A DNA stretch of 24,000 bases, from positions 7,743 through 31,742 of the forward strand of contig NZ_CDBN01000002.1 of NCBI RefSeq assembly GCF_000820085.1. The letters run 5' to 3'. The notes beneath the pieces are model-generated. The model made no database searches. It saw only the letters and a program-made list of their open reading frames with translations, and was not told where the DNA came from. This stretch comes from Aeromonas sanarellii (GTDB lineage Bacteria; Pseudomonadota; Gammaproteobacteria; Enterobacterales; Aeromonadaceae). Made by a program: the position numbers and the translations under genes. This document shows, piece after piece, positions 23,098 through 24,000 of this stretch (positions are counted from its first letter, which is position 1; every line of letters starts with the position of its first letter).

Positions 23098-24000
23098 TTA
23101 CTGCCTTGGTAGGGAGAGGGTGGCCTGCAGGCCGCCCTGGGGGCGATTTTCCAGCACCAGATCGCCGCCGTGGGCGTGGGCGATGTTGCGGGCGATGCCA
23201 AGGCCCAGCCCGGTCCCGGAGGGGTCGTTGCTGAGGCGATAGTAGGGCTCGAAGATGCGTTCGAACTGATCTTCCGGCAGGCCGGGGCCCTCGTCCATGA
23301 TGAAGAGGATCAGCATCTCCTCGTCATCCATGATGATGACGCGCACCCTCTGGCCGTACTTGATGCCGTTGTCCACCAGGTTGCCGATGCAACGCTTGAG
23401 AGCCAGCAGCTTGCCGCGGTAGGGCCACTTGCAGTGCCCCTCTATGGTGAGCAGATCCTCGTGCAGGTTCATGGACTCCGCCATCTGCTCCAGCAGGGCG
23501 TTGATGTCGATCTGCTCGAGGTTCTCGTGGATGTCGGTCTCCTTCACCGTCTGCAGCGCCCCTTTCACCATCAGCTCCAGCTCGTCGAGATCCTTGTTGA
23601 ACTTGGCGATCTGCACCTCGTCGTCCAGCAGCTCGACTCGCAGCCGCAGCCGGGTGATGGGGGTTTTGAGATCGTGGGAGATGGAGCTGAACAGCCGCTC
23701 CCGATCGTCGATGAAGCGGCGGATGCGTTGCTGCATGATGTTGAAGGCGCGGGTCGCGGCCACGATCTCGGAGGCTCCCTCCTCTTTGAGCGACGGCTGG
23801 TCGATGTCCTTGCCGAGGTTGACCGCCGCCTTGGCCAGCCGGCGCAGGGGGCGGGTCTGCCAGCGCACCAGCATGAAGGTGAAGAAGCAGAGGAAGACCG
23901 TCATCAGGGCGATGAAGCGCACTTGGTTGCTCGGCATCACGGTGTCGTCCAGCGTCATATAGGGGGCGGGCAGCAGGGCCGCCAAGTAGAGCCACTCCCC
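23098..24000 (-). CDS. Sensor histidine kinase (EnvZ-like: TM2-HAMP-HisKA-HATPase_c); N-terminal sensor part lies beyond the right edge
   Basis: H-box FSSISHDLKTPITRL, N-box NLVDNGIKYG, G-boxes DEGPGLP and GTGLGLGIARNIAHAHGG. The frame stays open to position 24000 (..GEWLYLAALLPAPYM..), so the track start at 23985 (TTG) is not the real start. The stop lies 3 nt before the binding-protein ATG. Confidence 0.92.
   Translation of the reverse strand, partial: GEWLYLAALLPAPYMTLDDTVMPSNQVRFIALMTVFLCFFTFMLVRWQTRPLRRLAKAAVNLGKDIDQPSLKEEGASEIVAATRAFNIMQQRIRRFIDDRERLFSSISHDLKTPITRLRLRVELLDDEVQIAKFNKDLDELELMVKGALQTVKETDIHENLEQIDINALLEQMAESMNLHEDLLTIEGHCKWPYRGKLLALKRCIGNLVDNGIKYGQRVRVIIMDDEEMLILFIMDEGPGLPEDQFERIFEPYYRLSNDPSGTGLGLGIARNIAHAHGGDLVLENRPQGGLQATLSLPRQ

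Noticed and set aside
23324-23995. 223-aa minus-strand ORF and 23429..23962(+) ORF overlapping the histidine kinase.
   Set aside because: They are off-frame or antisense to a frame carrying canonical H, N and G boxes. Their composition is Arg/Ala/Gly/Pro-biased noise.

Overview
High-GC (roughly 60%+) gammaproteobacterial chromosomal window. Gene content and synteny look Aeromonas-like; this is an inference from homolog recognition, as no search was run. All homology calls rest on my memory of E. coli sequences. Order, left to right: (1) norR (partial, minus strand), then a complete NorR/IHF/sigma54 control region driving norV-norW. The operon appears extended by a YeaR-like DUF1971 gene and a NapH/YccM-like membrane polyferredoxin. 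(2) A tryptophanase locus with a putative CRP site and promoter, an unlisted TnaC-type leader peptide, tnaA, an intrinsic terminator, and two paralogous TnaB/TyrP/Mtr-family permeases. A small opposite-strand membrane gene separates the two permeases. (3) A group of a Met-rich secreted protein, a DM13-domain protein, a flavodoxin-like NAD(P)H oxidoreductase and a LysR regulator. (4) A ~0.9 kb low-GC islet with one orphan transmembrane/coiled-coil ORF next to glyS. (5) glyQS and tag. (6) Four tandem paralogous genes for small, signal-peptide-bearing, extremely charged two-cysteine proteins, sitting between tag and the OmpA-like lipoprotein gene yiaD. I recognise no family for these, and I consider them the best candidate for something undescribed. 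(7) yoaB-like RidA gene, tusA and a tiny acidic-tailed membrane protein. (8) An orphan sugar-type periplasmic binding protein translationally abutted to a sensor histidine kinase (partial, runs off the right edge). No rRNA, tRNA, CRISPR array, transposase or integrase was seen. The many long ORFs antisense to real genes are high-GC shadow ORFs.
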